The notes beneath the pieces were generated by a model that did no database searches, was not told the DNA's origin, and saw only the letters and a program-made list of their open reading frames with translations. A DNA stretch of 64,000 bases from Eledone cirrhosa. Taxonomy: Eukaryota. Below, piece after piece: positions 15,001-28,561 of the stretch. Each line of letters begins with the position of its first letter. Position 1 is the first letter of the stretch. The stretch spans positions 7,316,001-7,380,000 of the forward strand of contig OZ024740.1 in assembly GCA_964016885.1 (NCBI GenBank). Reading direction: 5' to 3'. A program made the translations under genes and the position numbers.

Positions 15001-18000
15001 AGTTTAGATAGTTACGTCAGTTTCGATTAGTATGTCAATTTCTATTGGTATGTCAGTTTCTATTGGTATATCAGTTTCGATTGGTATGTCAGTTTCTATT
15101 GGTATATCTGCTTCGATAGGTATATGATTTTCGATTAGTATGTCAGTTTCTATTGGCATGTCAGTTTCGATTAGTATATCAGTTTCTATTGGTATGTCAG
15201 TTTCGATTGGTATGTCAGATTCGACTGGTTTTTCAATTTCTATTGGTATATCAGTTTCGATTGATATATCAGTTTCGATTAGTATGTCAGTTTCTAACGG
15301 TATGTCAGTTTCGATTAGTATGTCAGTTTCTATTGATATGTCAATTTCGATTAGTATAAAAGTTTCTATTGGTATGTCAGTTTCAATTGGTATGTCAGAT
15401 TCTATTGGTATATCAGTTTCAATTGGTATGTTAGTTTCTATTGGTAAGTCAGCTTCGATTAGTATGTCAGTTTCGATTGGTATGTCAGTTTCTATTGGTA
15501 TATCATTTTCGATTGGTATGTCAGTTTCTATTGGTATGTCAGTGTCGATTATTATATCAGTAACTATTGGTATGTCAGTTTCGATTGGTATGTCAGTTTC
15601 GATTGGTATCTCAGTTTCTATTGGTATGACAGTTTTGATTGGTATATCAGATTCGATTGGTATCTCAGTTTCGATTGGTATGTCAGTTTCGATTGGTATG
15701 TCAGTTTCGATTAGTATGTCAGTTTCTAATGGTATATCAGTTTCGATTGGTATATCAGTTTCTATTAGTATGTCAGTTTCGATAGGTATATCAGTTTTGA
15801 TTGGTATGTCTGTCGATTATTATATCAGTAACTATTGTTATGTCAGTTTCGATCAGTATATCAGCTTCGATTGGTATACCAGTTTCAATTAGTATGTCAG
15901 TTTCTATTGGTATATCAGTTTCGATTGGTATATCAGTTTCTATTGGTATGTCAGTTTCAATTGGTATGTCAGTTTCTATTGGTATATCAGTTTCGATTGG
16001 TATGTCAGTTTCTATTGGTATGTCAGTGTCGATAATTATATCAGTTACTATTGGTATGTCAGTTTCGATTGTTATATCAATTTCGAATGGTATCTCAGTT
16101 TCGATTGGTATGTCAGTTTCGATTGGTATGTCAATTTCGATTAGTATATCAGTTTTTATTGGTATGTCAGTTTCTCTTGGTATATCAGCTTCGATTGGTA
16201 TATCAGTTTCGATTGGTATATTAGTTTTGATTGGTATATCAGTTTCTATTTGTATGTCAGTTTTGATTATTATATCAGTTACTATTGGTATGTCAGTTTC
16301 GATTGGTATATCAATTTCGATTTGTATATCAGATTCGATTGGTATGTCAGTTTCTATTGGTATATCAGTTTCTTTTGGTATGTCAGTTTCGATAGGTATG
16401 TCAGTTTCTATTGGTATATCAGTTTCGATTTGTATGTCAGTTTCTATTGGTATGTCAGTCTCGATAGGTATGTCAGTTTCTATTGGTATATCAGTTTCGA
16501 TTGGTATGTCAGTTTCTATTGGTATAACAGTATCGATTGGTATGTCAGGTTCGATTGGTATATCAGTTTCTATTGGTATGTCAGGTTCGATTGGTATATC
16601 AGTTTCGATTGGTATGTCAATTTCGATTGGTATATCAGTTTCGATTAGTATGTCAGGTTCGATTGGTATATAAGTTTCGATTGGTATGTCAGTTTCTATT
16701 GGTATATCAGTTTTGATTGGTACATCAGTTTCGATTGGTATGTCAGTTTCTATTAGTATATCAGTTTCGATTGGTATGTCATTTTCGATTGGTATGTCAG
16801 TTTCGATTGGTATGTCAGTTTCAATTGGTATGTCAATTTCGATTGGTATGTCAGTTTCGATTGGTATATCAGTTTCGATTGGTATGTCAGTTTCTATTGG
16901 TATGTCAGTTTTGATTAGTATATCAGTTTCGATTGGTATGTCATTTTCAATTAGTATATCAGTTTCTATTCGTGTGTCAGTTTCTATTGGTATAGCAGTT
17001 TTGATTGGTATATCAATTTCGATTGGTATGTCAGTTTCGATTGGTATATCAGTTTCGATTGGTATGTCAGTTTCTATAGGTACGTCAGTTTCGATTGGTA
17101 TGTCAGTTTCGATTGATATGTCAGTTTCGATTAGTATATCAGTTTCTATTGGTATGTCAGTTTCTATTGGTATATCAGTTTTGATTGGTATGTCAGTTTC
17201 GATTGGTATATCAGTTCCGATTGGTATGTCAGTTTCGATTGGTATGTAAGTTTCGATTGGTATATCAGTTTCGATTAGAATGTCAGTTTCGATTGGTTTT
17301 TCAATTTCTATTGGTATATCAGATTCGATTGGTATATCACTTTTCGATTAGTGTGTCAGTTTCTATTGGTATGTCAGTTTCGATTAGTATATCAGTTTCT
17401 ATTGGTATGTCAGTTTCGATCGGTATGTCAGTTTCTATTGATATATCAGTTTTGATTGGTATATCAGTCTCGATTGGTATATCAGTTTATATTGGTATAT
17501 CAGTTTCGATTGGTATGTCAATTCTCTATTGGTATATCAGTTTCAAATGGTATATCAGTTTCTATTCTTATATCAGTTTCTATTGGTATATGAGTTTCTA
17601 TTGGAATATCAGTTTCTATTGGTATATCAGTTTCAATTGGTATGTTAGTTTCTATTGGTAAGTCAGCTTCGATTAGTATATCAGTTTCTATTGGTATGTC
17701 AGTTTCGATTAGTATATCAGTTCCTATTGGTATGTCAGTTTCGATTGGTATGTCAGTTTCTATTGGTATATAAGTTTTGATTGGAATATCAGTCTCGATT
17801 GGTATATCAGTTTCCATTCGTAAGTCAGATTCGATGGGAATTTTAGTTTCTATTGGTATATCACTTTCGATTGGTATATAAGTTTCAATTAGTATGTCAA
17901 TTTCCATTGGTATATCAGTTTCGAATGTTATGTCAGTTTCGATTAGTATGTCAATTTCTATTGGTATTTCAATTTCTATTGGTATATCAGTTTCGATTTG

Positions 18001-21000
18001 TATATCAGTTTCGATTGGTATATCAGTTTCGATTGGTATGTCAGTTTCCATTGGTATATCAGTTTCGATCGGTATGTCAGTTTCGATTGGTATATCAGTT
18101 TCGATTGGTATATCAGTTTCGATTGGTATTTCAGTTTCTATTGGTATGTCAGATTCGATTAGTATATCAGTTTTTGATTAGTATATTAGTTTCTATAGAT
18201 ATGTCAGTTTCTATTGGTATATCAGTTTCGATTGGTATATCAATTTCTATTGCAATATCAGTTTCTATTGGTATGTCAGTTTCGATTGCTATGTCAGTTT
18301 CTATTGGTATTTTCAGTTCCCATTGGTATATCAGCTTGGATTGATAAATCAGTTTTCGATTAGTATGTCAGTTTCTATTGGTATGTCAGTTTCGATTAGT
18401 ATATCAGTTCCTATTGGTATGTCAGTTTCGATTGGTATATCAGTTTTGATTGGAATATCAGTCTCGATTGGTATATGAGTTTCTATTGGTATGTCAGATT
18501 CTATTGGTATATCAGTTTCAATTGGTATGTTAGTTTCTATTGGTAAGTCAGCTTCGATTAGTATATCAGTTTCTATTGGTATGTCAGTTTCGATTGGTAT
18601 GTCTGTTTCGATTGGTATATAAGTTTCTATTGGTATATCAGTTTCCATTGGTACGTCAGATTCGATTGGAATTTTAGTTTCTATTGGTATATAAGTTTCG
18701 ATTGGTATGTCAGTTTCTATTGGTATATCACTTTCGATTGGTATATAAGTTTCAATTAGTATGTCAATTTCCATTGGTATATCAGTTTAGATAGTTACGT
18801 CAGTTTCGATTAGTATGTCAATTTCTATTGGTATGTCAGTTTCTATTGGTATATCAGTTTCGATTGGTATGTCAGTTTCTATTGGTATATCTGCTTCGAT
18901 AGGTATATGATTTTCGATTAGTATGTCAGTTTCTATTGGCATGTCAGTTTCGATTAGTATATCAGTTTCTATTGGTATGTCAGTTTCGATTGGTATGTCA
19001 GATTCGACTGGTTTTTCAATTTCTATTGGTATATCAGTTTCGATTGATATATCAGTTTCGATTAGTATGTCAGTTTCTAACGGTATGTCAGTTTCGATTA
19101 GTATGTCAGTTTCTATTGATATGTCAATTTCGATTAGTATAAAAGTTTCTATTGGTATGTCAGTTTCAATTGGTATGTCAGATTCTATTGGTATATCAGT
19201 TGTCTATTGGTATATCAGTTTCAATTGATATGTCAGTTTCTATTGGTAAGTCCGCTTCGATTAGTATATCAGTTTCTATTGGTATATAAGTTTCAATTGG
19301 TATATCAGTTTCTATTGGTGTATCAGTTTTGATTGGTATGTCAGTTTCGATTAGTTTATCAGTTTCTATTGGTATAGCAGTTTACATTGGTATGTCAGAT
19401 TCGATTGGAATGTCAGTTTCTATTGGTATATCAGTTTCAATTGGTATGTCAGGTTCGATTGGTATATCAATTTCTATTGGTATGAAAGGTTCGATTGGTA
19501 TATCAGTTTCGATTGGTATCTCAGTTTCGATTGGTATGTCAGTTTCGATTGGTATGTCAGTTTCGATTAGTATATCAGTTTCTATTGGTATGTCAATTTC
19601 AATTGGTATATCAGTTTCGATTGGTATATCAGTTTCGATTGGTATGTCAGTTTCTATTGGTATATCAGTTTCGATTGGTATGTCAGTTTCGATTGGTATA
19701 TCAGTTTCGATTGGTATGTCAGTTACTATTGGTATGTAAGTTTCGATTGGTATGTCAGTTTTGATTGGTATGTCAGATTCGATTAGTATATCAGTTTCTA
19801 CAGGTATGTCAGTTTCTATTGGTATGTCAGTTTCTATTTGTATATCAGTTTGGATTGATATATCAGTTTTCGAGTAGTAAGTCAGCTTCTATTGGTATGT
19901 CAGTTTCGATTAGTATATCAGTTCCTATGGGTATGTCAGTTTCGACTGGTATGTCAGTTTCTATTGGTATATTAGTTTTAATTGGAATATCAGTCTCGAT
20001 TGGTATATCAGTTTCTATTGGTATGTCAGTTTCTATTGGTATGTCAGTTTCTATTGGTATATCAGTTTCAATTGGTATGTCAGTTTCGATTGGAATATCA
20101 GTTTCGATTGGTATATCAGTTTCGATTGGTATATCAGTTTCTATTCTTATATCAGTTTCTATTGGTATGTCAGTTTCTATTGGTATATCAGTTTGGATTG
20201 GTATATCAGATTCGATTGGTATGTCAGTTTCGATTGGTATGTCAGTTTCGATTGGTATATCAGTTTCTATTGCTATATCAGTTACTATTGGTATGTCAGT
20301 TTTGATTGGTATGTCAGTTTCTATTGGTATATCATTTTCGATTGGTATGTCAGTTTCTATTGGTATGTCAGTGTCGATTATTATATCAATAACTTTTGGT
20401 ATGTCAGTTTCGATTTGTATATCAGTTTCTATTGGTATATCAGTTTCGATTGTTATATCAGTTTCTATTAGTATGTCAGATTCGATAGGTATATCAGCTT
20501 CGATTGGTATATGTGTTTCAATTAGTATGTCAGTTTCTACTGGTATGTCAGTTTCGATTAGTATATCAGTTTCTATTGGTATGTCAGTTTCGATTGGTAT
20601 GTCAGTTTCCATTGGTATATCAGTTACTATTGGTATGTCAGTTTCGATAGGTATGTCAGTTTTGATTGGTATGTCAGTTTCTATTGGTATGTCAGTTTCG
20701 ATTATTATATCAGTTACTATTGGTATGTCAGTTTCGATTGGTATATCAGTTTCTATTGGTATGGCAGTTTCGATTGGTATGTCAGTTTTGGTTAGTGTGT
20801 CAGTTTCTATTGGTTTATCAGTTTCGATTGGTATATCAGTTTCGATTGGTATGTCAGTTTCAATTGGTATATCAATTTCGATTGGTATGTCAGTTTTGAT
20901 TAGTAGATCAGTTTATATTGGTATGTCCGTTTCTATTGGTCTATCAGTTTCGATTGGTATATCAGTTTCGATTAGTATGTCAGTTTCTATTGGTATGTCA

Positions 21001-22107
21001 GTTTCGATTAGTATATCAGTTTCTATTGGTATGTCAGTTTCGATTGGTATGTCCGATTCTACTGGTATATCAGTTTCGATTGGTATATCAGTTTCGATTG
21101 ATATATCAGTGTCTATTGGTATATCAGTTTCTATTGGTATGTCAATTTCAATTAGTATATAATTTTCTATTGGTATGTTAGTTTCTATTGGTATATCAGT
21201 TTCAATTAGTATGTCAGTTTCTATTGGTATATTAGTTACGTTGGTATGTCAGTTTCGATTAGTATGTCAATTTCGATTGGTATGTCAATTTGGATTTGTA
21301 TATCAGTTTTCATTGGTATGTCAGTTTCGATTGGTATATCAGTTTCGATTGGTATGTCAGTTTCTATATGTATATCAGTTTCGATTGGTATGTCAGGTTC
21401 GATTGGTATATCAATTTTTATTTGTATGAAAGGTTCGATTGGTATATCAGTTTCGATTGGTATCTCAGTTTCGATTGGTATGTCAGTTTCGATTGGTATG
21501 TCAGTTTCGATTAGTATATCAGTTTCTATTGGTATGTCAATTTCTATTGGTATATCAGTTTCGATTGGTATATCAGTTTCGATTGGTATATCAGTTTCGA
21601 TTGGTATGTCAGTTTCTATTGGTATATCAGTTTCGATTGGTATGTCAGTTTCGATTGGTATATCAGTTTCGATTGGTATGTCAGTCTCTATTGGTATATC
21701 AGTTTCGATTGGTATTTCAGTTTCTATTGGTACGTCAGTTTCGATTATTAAATTAGTTACTATTGGTATGTAAGTTTCGATTGGTATGTCAGTTTTGATT
21801 GGTATGTCAGATTCGATTAGTATATCAGTTTCTATAGGTATGTCAGTTTCTATTGGTATCTCACTTTCGACTAGTATATCAGTTTCGATTAGAATGTCAG
21901 TTTCGATTGGTATTTCAGTTTCTATTGGTATATCCGTTTCGATTGGTATGTCAATTTCAATTAGTATATCATTTTCTATTCGTATGTTAGTTTCTATTGG
22001 TATATCAGTTTCGATAGGTATATCAGTTTCGTTTTGTATGTCAGTTTCGATTGGTATGTCAGTTTCGATTGTTACATCAGTTTCTATTGCTATATCAGTT
22101 TCTACTG
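1..22107. repeat. 18-bp tandem satellite, consensus TCAGTTTC(G/T)ATTGGTAT(G/A); segment 1 (continues off the window start)
   Basis: Continuous head-to-tail 18-mers read directly. Six-frame translations give 6-aa periodicity (MSVSIG, LVCQFR, WYVSFD, IETDIP). Occasional 1-2 bp indels shift the phase. Confidence 0.99.
11618..19200. repeat. Near-identical tandem duplication of a 3783-bp higher-order satellite block (about 11618-15400 and 15401-19200)
   Basis: Matching ORF pairs sit at a constant 3783-bp offset (12018/15801, 12903/16686, 13402/17185, 13735/17518, 14566/18349, 15153/18936). Rare variants such as GATGGGAATTTTAG and CAGCTTGGATTGATAAATC occur in both copies. Boundaries are approximate. 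Confidence 0.9.
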
Positions 22108-23626
22108 GTATAAAGAAACAGTCAGCAAGGTTAGAATTAACAACGAATACAGCGAAGAGTTTAGCGTAAAAGTTGGCGTCCATCAGGGCTCTGTTCTCAG
22201 CCCCCTACTATTTATTATTGCCCTTCAGGCTATAACAGAGGAGTTCAAGACCGGCTGCCCTTGGGAACTCCTATATGCAGACGACCTGACACTCATAGCG
22301 GAATCAATGGCCGAGCTAGAGAAGAAATTCCAAACATGGAAGCACGGCCTAGAATCAAAAGGACTTAAAATTAACCTGGCTAAGACTAAAGTTCTAGTTT
22401 GTAGGAAAGAAAATAAGGCGGCGGTCCCTTCTGGGAAATGGTCGTGCTCGGTGTGTAGGAAAGGCGTAGGTAGAAACTCCATTTTATGTCCTAAATGCAA
22501 AGTATGGGTGCATAAAAGATGTAGTGGGATCACAGGTAAGCTAACTAAGAACATAGATTTAACATGTGGCCGGTGCTCTGGTGCAATAAGTAGCAGCAAG
22601 TGCCCATAAAATACTAGCTCTTTCAATTGCGCAGAAGTTTCTATAGAAATAGTGGACAGTTTCCGTTACCTGGGTGATAAAATCAGCAATGGGGGAGGGT
22701 GCTCTGAAAGTACAGTAGCTAGAGTCAGAACTGGTTGGAAAAAGTTCAGAGAGCTTATACCACTATTAGCTGCTAAAGGGTTCTCCCTAAAAATGAAAAA
22801 CAGGTTGTATGATGCCTGCATACGAACAGCAATGTTGCATGGCAGTGAGACCTGGGCATTGTGTGCAGAGGATATACGCAGACTAGAGAGGAACGAAGCT
22901 TGCATGCTCCGCTGGATGTGTAACAGTAATATACGTGAACAGCAAAGCATAAACGAACTAAGGAAAAAATTAGAAATAAGAGGGATCAGATGTTGTTTAC
23001 TCGAGAGAAGGCTACGTTGGTATGGACACGTGATGCGCATGAAAGTCGATAGCTGTATAACAAAGTGCAGGGCAATAAAGATAGACGGTAGCCACGGAAT
23101 AGGCAGACCTAGAAAAACCTGGGACGAGCTGATAAACTCCGACCTCACACACTTACACCTCTCCAAGACAATGTCACTGGACCTAGACCTTTGGCGGTAC
23201 TCAGTAACACAGAAGACCCGCCTTACCTAAATACATAGTAAAACCTACTACAGCCAGTAGGCATCGCTAACAAAATACCCCCCCCCCCTTCCCACCACCA
23301 ACACCCCATCCACACCACCCCGTTCTATGTAAAGTTATGTTGGTGCTACACCATCCAGGCTGAAACAAATGAGATCATGTAGGTGTCACGACAAAAAAAC
23401 ACACAGTCCACGCTGTAATGTGGCCGTGTAGGCAACACGATAAAAACCTCCCAGCCCCACACTGTAAATGTGGTTGGTGTTAGGAAGGGCATCCAACTGT
23501 AGAAAACCTGCCAGACAGTCCTATGCGAGCAAGACAATCACTCTTGTCTCAAGTGGGACTACCCCCGTCCAAACCCATGCAAACGTGGAACACGGACGTT
23601 AAACGTTGATGATGATGATGATGATG
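22108..23626 (+). mobile_element. 5'-truncated RTE-clade non-LTR retrotransposon (copy 1)
   Basis: Encodes RT motifs GVHQGSVLSP, YADD and FRYLG plus the RTE-type C-terminus (RLRWYGHVMRM...GRPRKTW). A 3' UTR and (GAT)n tail (23607-23626) follow. Colinear with 30497-32019. The 5' junction shares GTATA with the satellite. Confidence 0.95.
22109..23230 (+). pseudogene. Truncated RT/PHD/C-terminal part of RTE ORF with an in-frame stop
   Basis: ORFs 22034..22609 and 22652..23230 are in the same frame, separated by TAA at 22607-22609 where copy 2 has AAA (Lys). APE and the N-terminal RT are missing. Confidence 0.9.
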
Positions 23627-26600
23627 TCAGTTTCGAGTGGTATGTCAGTTTCTATTGGCATATCAGTTTCGATTGGTATGTCAGTTTCTATTGGTATGTC
23701 AGTTTCGATTGGTATATCAGTTTCGATTGGTATGTCAGTTTCTATTTGTATATCAGTTTCGATTGGTATGTCAGTTTCGATTAGTATTTCACTTTCGATT
23801 GGTATATCAGTTTCTATTGGTATGTCAGTTTCGATTATTATATCAGTTACTATTTGTATGTCAGTTTCGATTGGTATGTCAGTTTCGATTGGTATATCAG
23901 TTTCGATTGGTATGTCAGTTTCTATTGGTAAGTCAGTTGCGATTGGAATGTCAGTTTCGATTGTTATATCAGTTTCGATTAGTATATCAGTTTCTATTGA
24001 TATGTCAGTTTCTATTGGTATGTCAGTTTCTATTGGTATATCAGTTTCGATCGGTATATCAGTTTCGATTGGTATATCAGTTTCAATTAGTATGTCAGTT
24101 TCTATTGGTATGTCAATTTCTATAGGTATATCAGTTTCGATCGGTATATCAGTATCGATTAGTATGTCAATTTCTATTGGTATGTCAGTGTCATTTATTA
24201 TATCAGTTAATATTGGTATGTCAATTTCGATTGGTATATCGGTTTCGATTGGTATCTCAGTTTCAATTGGTATGTCAGTTTCGATTTGTATGTCAGTTTC
24301 GATTGGTATTTCAATTTCGATTGGTATGTCAGTGTCGATTATTATATCAGTTAATATTGGTATGTCAGTTTCGATTGGTATATCAGTTTCAATTGGTATC
24401 TCAGTTTCGATTGGTATGTCAGTTTCGATTTGTATGTCAATTTCGATTGGTATATCAGATTCGATTAGTATGTCAGTTTCTATTGGTATATTAGTTTCGA
24501 TTGGTATATCAGTTTCGATTGGTATTTCAGTTTCGATTTGTATATCAGTTTCGATTAGTATGTCAGTTTCTATTGGTATGTCAGTTTCGATTAGTATATC
24601 AGTTTCAATGGTACATCAGTTTCGATTGGTATGTCAGTTTCTATTGGTATTTCAGTTTCGATTGGTATATCAGTTTCGATTGGTATATCAGTTTCGATTG
24701 GTATCTCAGTTTCGATTGATATATCAGTTTCGATTGGTATATCAGTTTCTATTCGTATGTCAGTTTTGATTATTATATCAGTTACTTTTGGTATGTCAGT
24801 TTCGATTGATATGTCAATTTTCGATTGGTATGTCAGTTTCGATTGGTATGTCAGTTTCTATTGGTATATCAGTTTCTATTGGTATGTTAGTTTCGATTGG
24901 TATGTCAGATTCTATTGGTATATCAGTTTCTATTGGTATGTCAGTTTTGATTGGTATATCAGTTTCGATTGGTATGTCAGTTTCGATTGGTATGTCAGTT
25001 TCGATTGGTATATCAGTTTTGATTGGTATGTCAATTTCAATTAGTATATCAGTTTTTAATGGTATGTTAGTTTCTATCGGTATATCAGTTTCGATAGGTA
25101 TATCAGTTTCGTTTGGTATGTCAGTTTCTATTGGTATGTCAGTTTCGATTGGTATGTCAGTTTCGATTAGTATATCAGTTTCGATTGGTATATCAGTTTC
25201 TATTGGTATGTCAGTTTAGATTATTATATCAGTTACTATTTGTATGTCAGTTTCGATTGGTATGTCAGTTTCGATTTGTATATCAGTTTCTATTGATATG
25301 TCAGTTTCTATTGGTATGTCAGTTTCGATTGGTATATCAGTTTCGATTGGTATGTCAGTTTCTATTGGTATATCAGTTTCTATTGGTATGTCAGTTTCGA
25401 GAGGTATGTCAGTTTCTATTGGTATATCAGTTTCGATTTGTATGTGAGTTTCTATTGGTATGTCAGTTTCAATTATTGTATCAGTTACTATTGGTATGTC
25501 AGTTTCGATTGGTATGTCAGTTTCGATTGGTATGTAAGTTTCGATTAGTATATCAGTTTCTATTGGTATGGCAGGTTCGATTGGTATATCAGTTTCGATT
25601 TGTATCTCAGTTTCGATTGGTATGTCAGTTTCGATTGGTATATCAGTTTCTATTGGTATGTCAGTTTTGATTGGTATATCAGTTTTGATTGGTATGTCAG
25701 TTTCGATTGGTATGTCAGTTTCAATTGGTATATCAGTTTTGATTGGTATGTGAATTTCAATTAGTATATCAGTTTCTATTGGTATGTTAGTTTCTATTGG
25801 TATATCAGTTTCGATTGGTGTGTCAGTTTCGATTGGTATGTCAGTTTCAATTTGTATATCAGTTTCTAATGCTATATCAGTTTCTATTTGTATGTCAGTT
25901 TCGATTGGTATGTCAGTTTCTATTGGTATATCAGTTTCGATTGGTATGTCAGTTTCTATTGGTATGTCAGTTTCGATTGGTATATCAGTTTCGATTGGTA
26001 TGTCAGTTTCTATTGGTATATCAGTTTCGATTGGTATGTCAGTTTCGATTAGTATATCAGTTTCGATTGGTATATCAGTTTCGATTGGTATGTCAGTTTC
26101 GATTATTATATCAGTTACTATTTGTATGTCAGTTTCGATTGGTATGTCAGTTTTGATTATTATATCAGTTACTATTGGTATGTCAGTTTCGATTGGTATG
26201 TCAGTTTCGATTGGTATATCAGTTTCTATTGGTATGGCAGTTTCGATTGGTATATAAGTTTCGATTGGTATGTCAGTTTCGATTGGTATATCAGTTTCGA
26301 TTGGTTTGTCAATTTCGATTGGTATATCAGTTTTGGTTAGTGTGTCAGTTTCTATTGGTATGTCCGTTTCTATTGGTATATCAGTTTCGATTAGTATGTC
26401 TGTTTCTATTGGTATGTCAGTTTCGATTAGTATATCAGTTTCTATTGGTATGTCAGTTTTGATTATTATATCAGTTACTTTTGGTATGTCAGTTTCGATT
26501 GATATGTCAATTTTCGATTGGTATATCAGTTTCGATTGGTTTGTCAGTTTCTATTGGTATATCAGTTTCGATTGGTATATCAGTTTCGATTGATATATGT

Positions 26601-27979
26601 GTTTCTATTAGTATGTCAGTTTCTATTGGTATGTCAGTTTCGATTAGTATATCAGTTTCTATTGGTATGTCAGTTTCGATTGGTATGTCTGTTTCCATTG
26701 GTATATCAGTTACTATTGGTATGTCAGTTTTGATAGGTATATCAGTTTCGATTGGTATGTCAGTTTCTATTGGTATGTCAGTTTCGATTATTATATCAGT
26801 TACTATTGGTATGTCAGTATCGATTGGTATGTCAGTTTCGATTGGTATATCAGTTTCTATTGGTATGGTAGTTTCGATTGGTATATAAGTTTCGATTGGT
26901 ATGTTAGTTTCGATTATTATGTCAGTTTCGATTGGTTTGTCAATTTCGATTGGTATATCAGTTTTGGTTAGTGTGTCAGTTTCTATTGGTTTATCAGTTT
27001 CGATTGGTATATCAGTTTCGATTAGTAGATCAGTTTTTATTGGTATGTCCGTTTCTATTGGTATATCAGTTTCGATTGGTATATCAGTTTCGATTAGTAT
27101 GTCAGTTTCTATTGGTATGTCAGTTTCGATTAGTATATCAGTTTCTATTGGTATGTCAGTTTTGATTATTATATCAGTTACTTTTGGTATGTCAGTTTCG
27201 ATTGATATGTCAATTTTCGATTGGTATATCCTGTTTTGATTGGTATGTCAATTTCAATTAGTATATCAGTTTATATTGGTATGTTAGTTTCTACCGGTAT
27301 ATCAGTTTCGATAGGTATATCAGTTTCGTTTGGTATGTCTGTTTCTATTGGTATGTCAGTTTCAATTGGTATATCAGTTTTGATTGGTATGTCAATTTCA
27401 ATTAGTATATCAGTTTCTATTGGTATGTTAGTTTCTATTGGTATATCAGTTTCTAATGGTATGTCAGTTTCGATTGGTATGTCAGATTCTATTGGTATAA
27501 CAGTTTTGATTGGTATATCAGTTTCGATTGATATATCAGTTTCTATTGGTATATCAGTTTCGATTAGTATGTCAGTTTCGATTGGTATGTCAGTTTCGAT
27601 TGGTATATCAGTTTTGATTGGTATGTCAATTTCAATTAGTATATCAGTTTCTATTGGTATGTCAGTTTCTATTGGTATATCAGTTTCGATAGGTATATCA
27701 GTTTCGTTTGGTATGTCAGTTTCCATTGGTATGTCAGTTTCGATTGTTATATCAGTTTCGACTTGTATATCAGTTTCTATTGCTATATCAGTTTCTATTG
27801 GTATGTCAGTTTCGATTGGTATGTCAGTTTCTATTGGTATATCAGTTTTGATTGGTATGTCAGTTTCTATTGCTATATCAGTTTCTATTGGTATGTCAGT
27901 TTTGATTGGTATGTCAGTTTCTATTGGTATGTCAGTTTCGATTGGTATGTCAGTTTCGATTGGTATATCAGTTTCTATT
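23627..27979. repeat. 18-bp satellite, segment 2
   Basis: Same monomer and orientation, between RTE copies 1 and 2. Confidence 0.99.
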
Positions 27980-28044
27980 CGCCAAATTTCATTGCTTTGC
28001 TGTCTACACCACGATAATCATGTAACGTAATGTACATATTTTCC

Positions 28045-28139
28045 TTCATCTCTACCTCCACAATCCTAATTCCTCAATTCCTAATTCTAGCGTATTCATC
28101 TCTACCTCCACAAACCTCAATTCCTAATTCTAGCGTATT
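28045..28139 (+). repeat. Two-copy direct repeat (~50 + ~43 bp) in the 5' leader of copy 2
   Basis: TTCATCTCTACCTCCACAA...CCTCAATTCCTAATTCTAGCGTA begins at 28045 and again at 28095. Confidence 0.85.
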
Positions 28140-28348
28140 TTCAAAACAATCCATATTTCGTATCAAGTCCAAATAGCCAACTATCGCTAAAACAATCTAC
28201 ATTTTTTTTTTTTGTATTTATTAATTGTTAGATACGATAGTTTTTGGTCGTATTGAACAGAACAAATTTTGTATTTTTGTTAATCGCTTGTTAAATATGC
28301 AAGGACCCCATTCAATCATTACCTCCTATCTAGCTACACAACACCCCT

Positions 28349-28452
28349 CCCTCCCGCCCCCACGCACCACCACTGCTATTACGTGGACCAATCATAAGCC
28401 AGAGCCCCCACGCATCACCAGTATTATTACGCGGACCAATCAGAAGCCAGAG
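28349..28452 (+). promoter_or_regulatory. Putative Pol II promoter module: GC box plus two CCAAT boxes in a 48-bp tandem duplication
   Basis: CCCTCCCGCCCC (28349-28360) is followed by two ~48-bp units CCCCACGCA.CACCA...TATTACG.GGACCAATCA.AAGCCAGAG. CCAAT lies at 28388 and 28436, about 120-170 bp upstream of the ORF ATG (28562). Function is inferred from motif only. Confidence 0.45.
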
Positions 28453-28561
28453 GCCTATACTATCGCTTGCCTGGTTGCCTTTCGATATATGATGGATGGA
28501 TGGACTGCGGAATCCTGGAGAGTGAAGGAGAGAGAGAGAAAAATCTGGACGCTCAGCGACA

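Noticed and set aside
1-22107. CRISPR array
   Set aside because: Monomers are directly adjacent with no unique spacers, there are no cas genes, and the context is eukaryotic.
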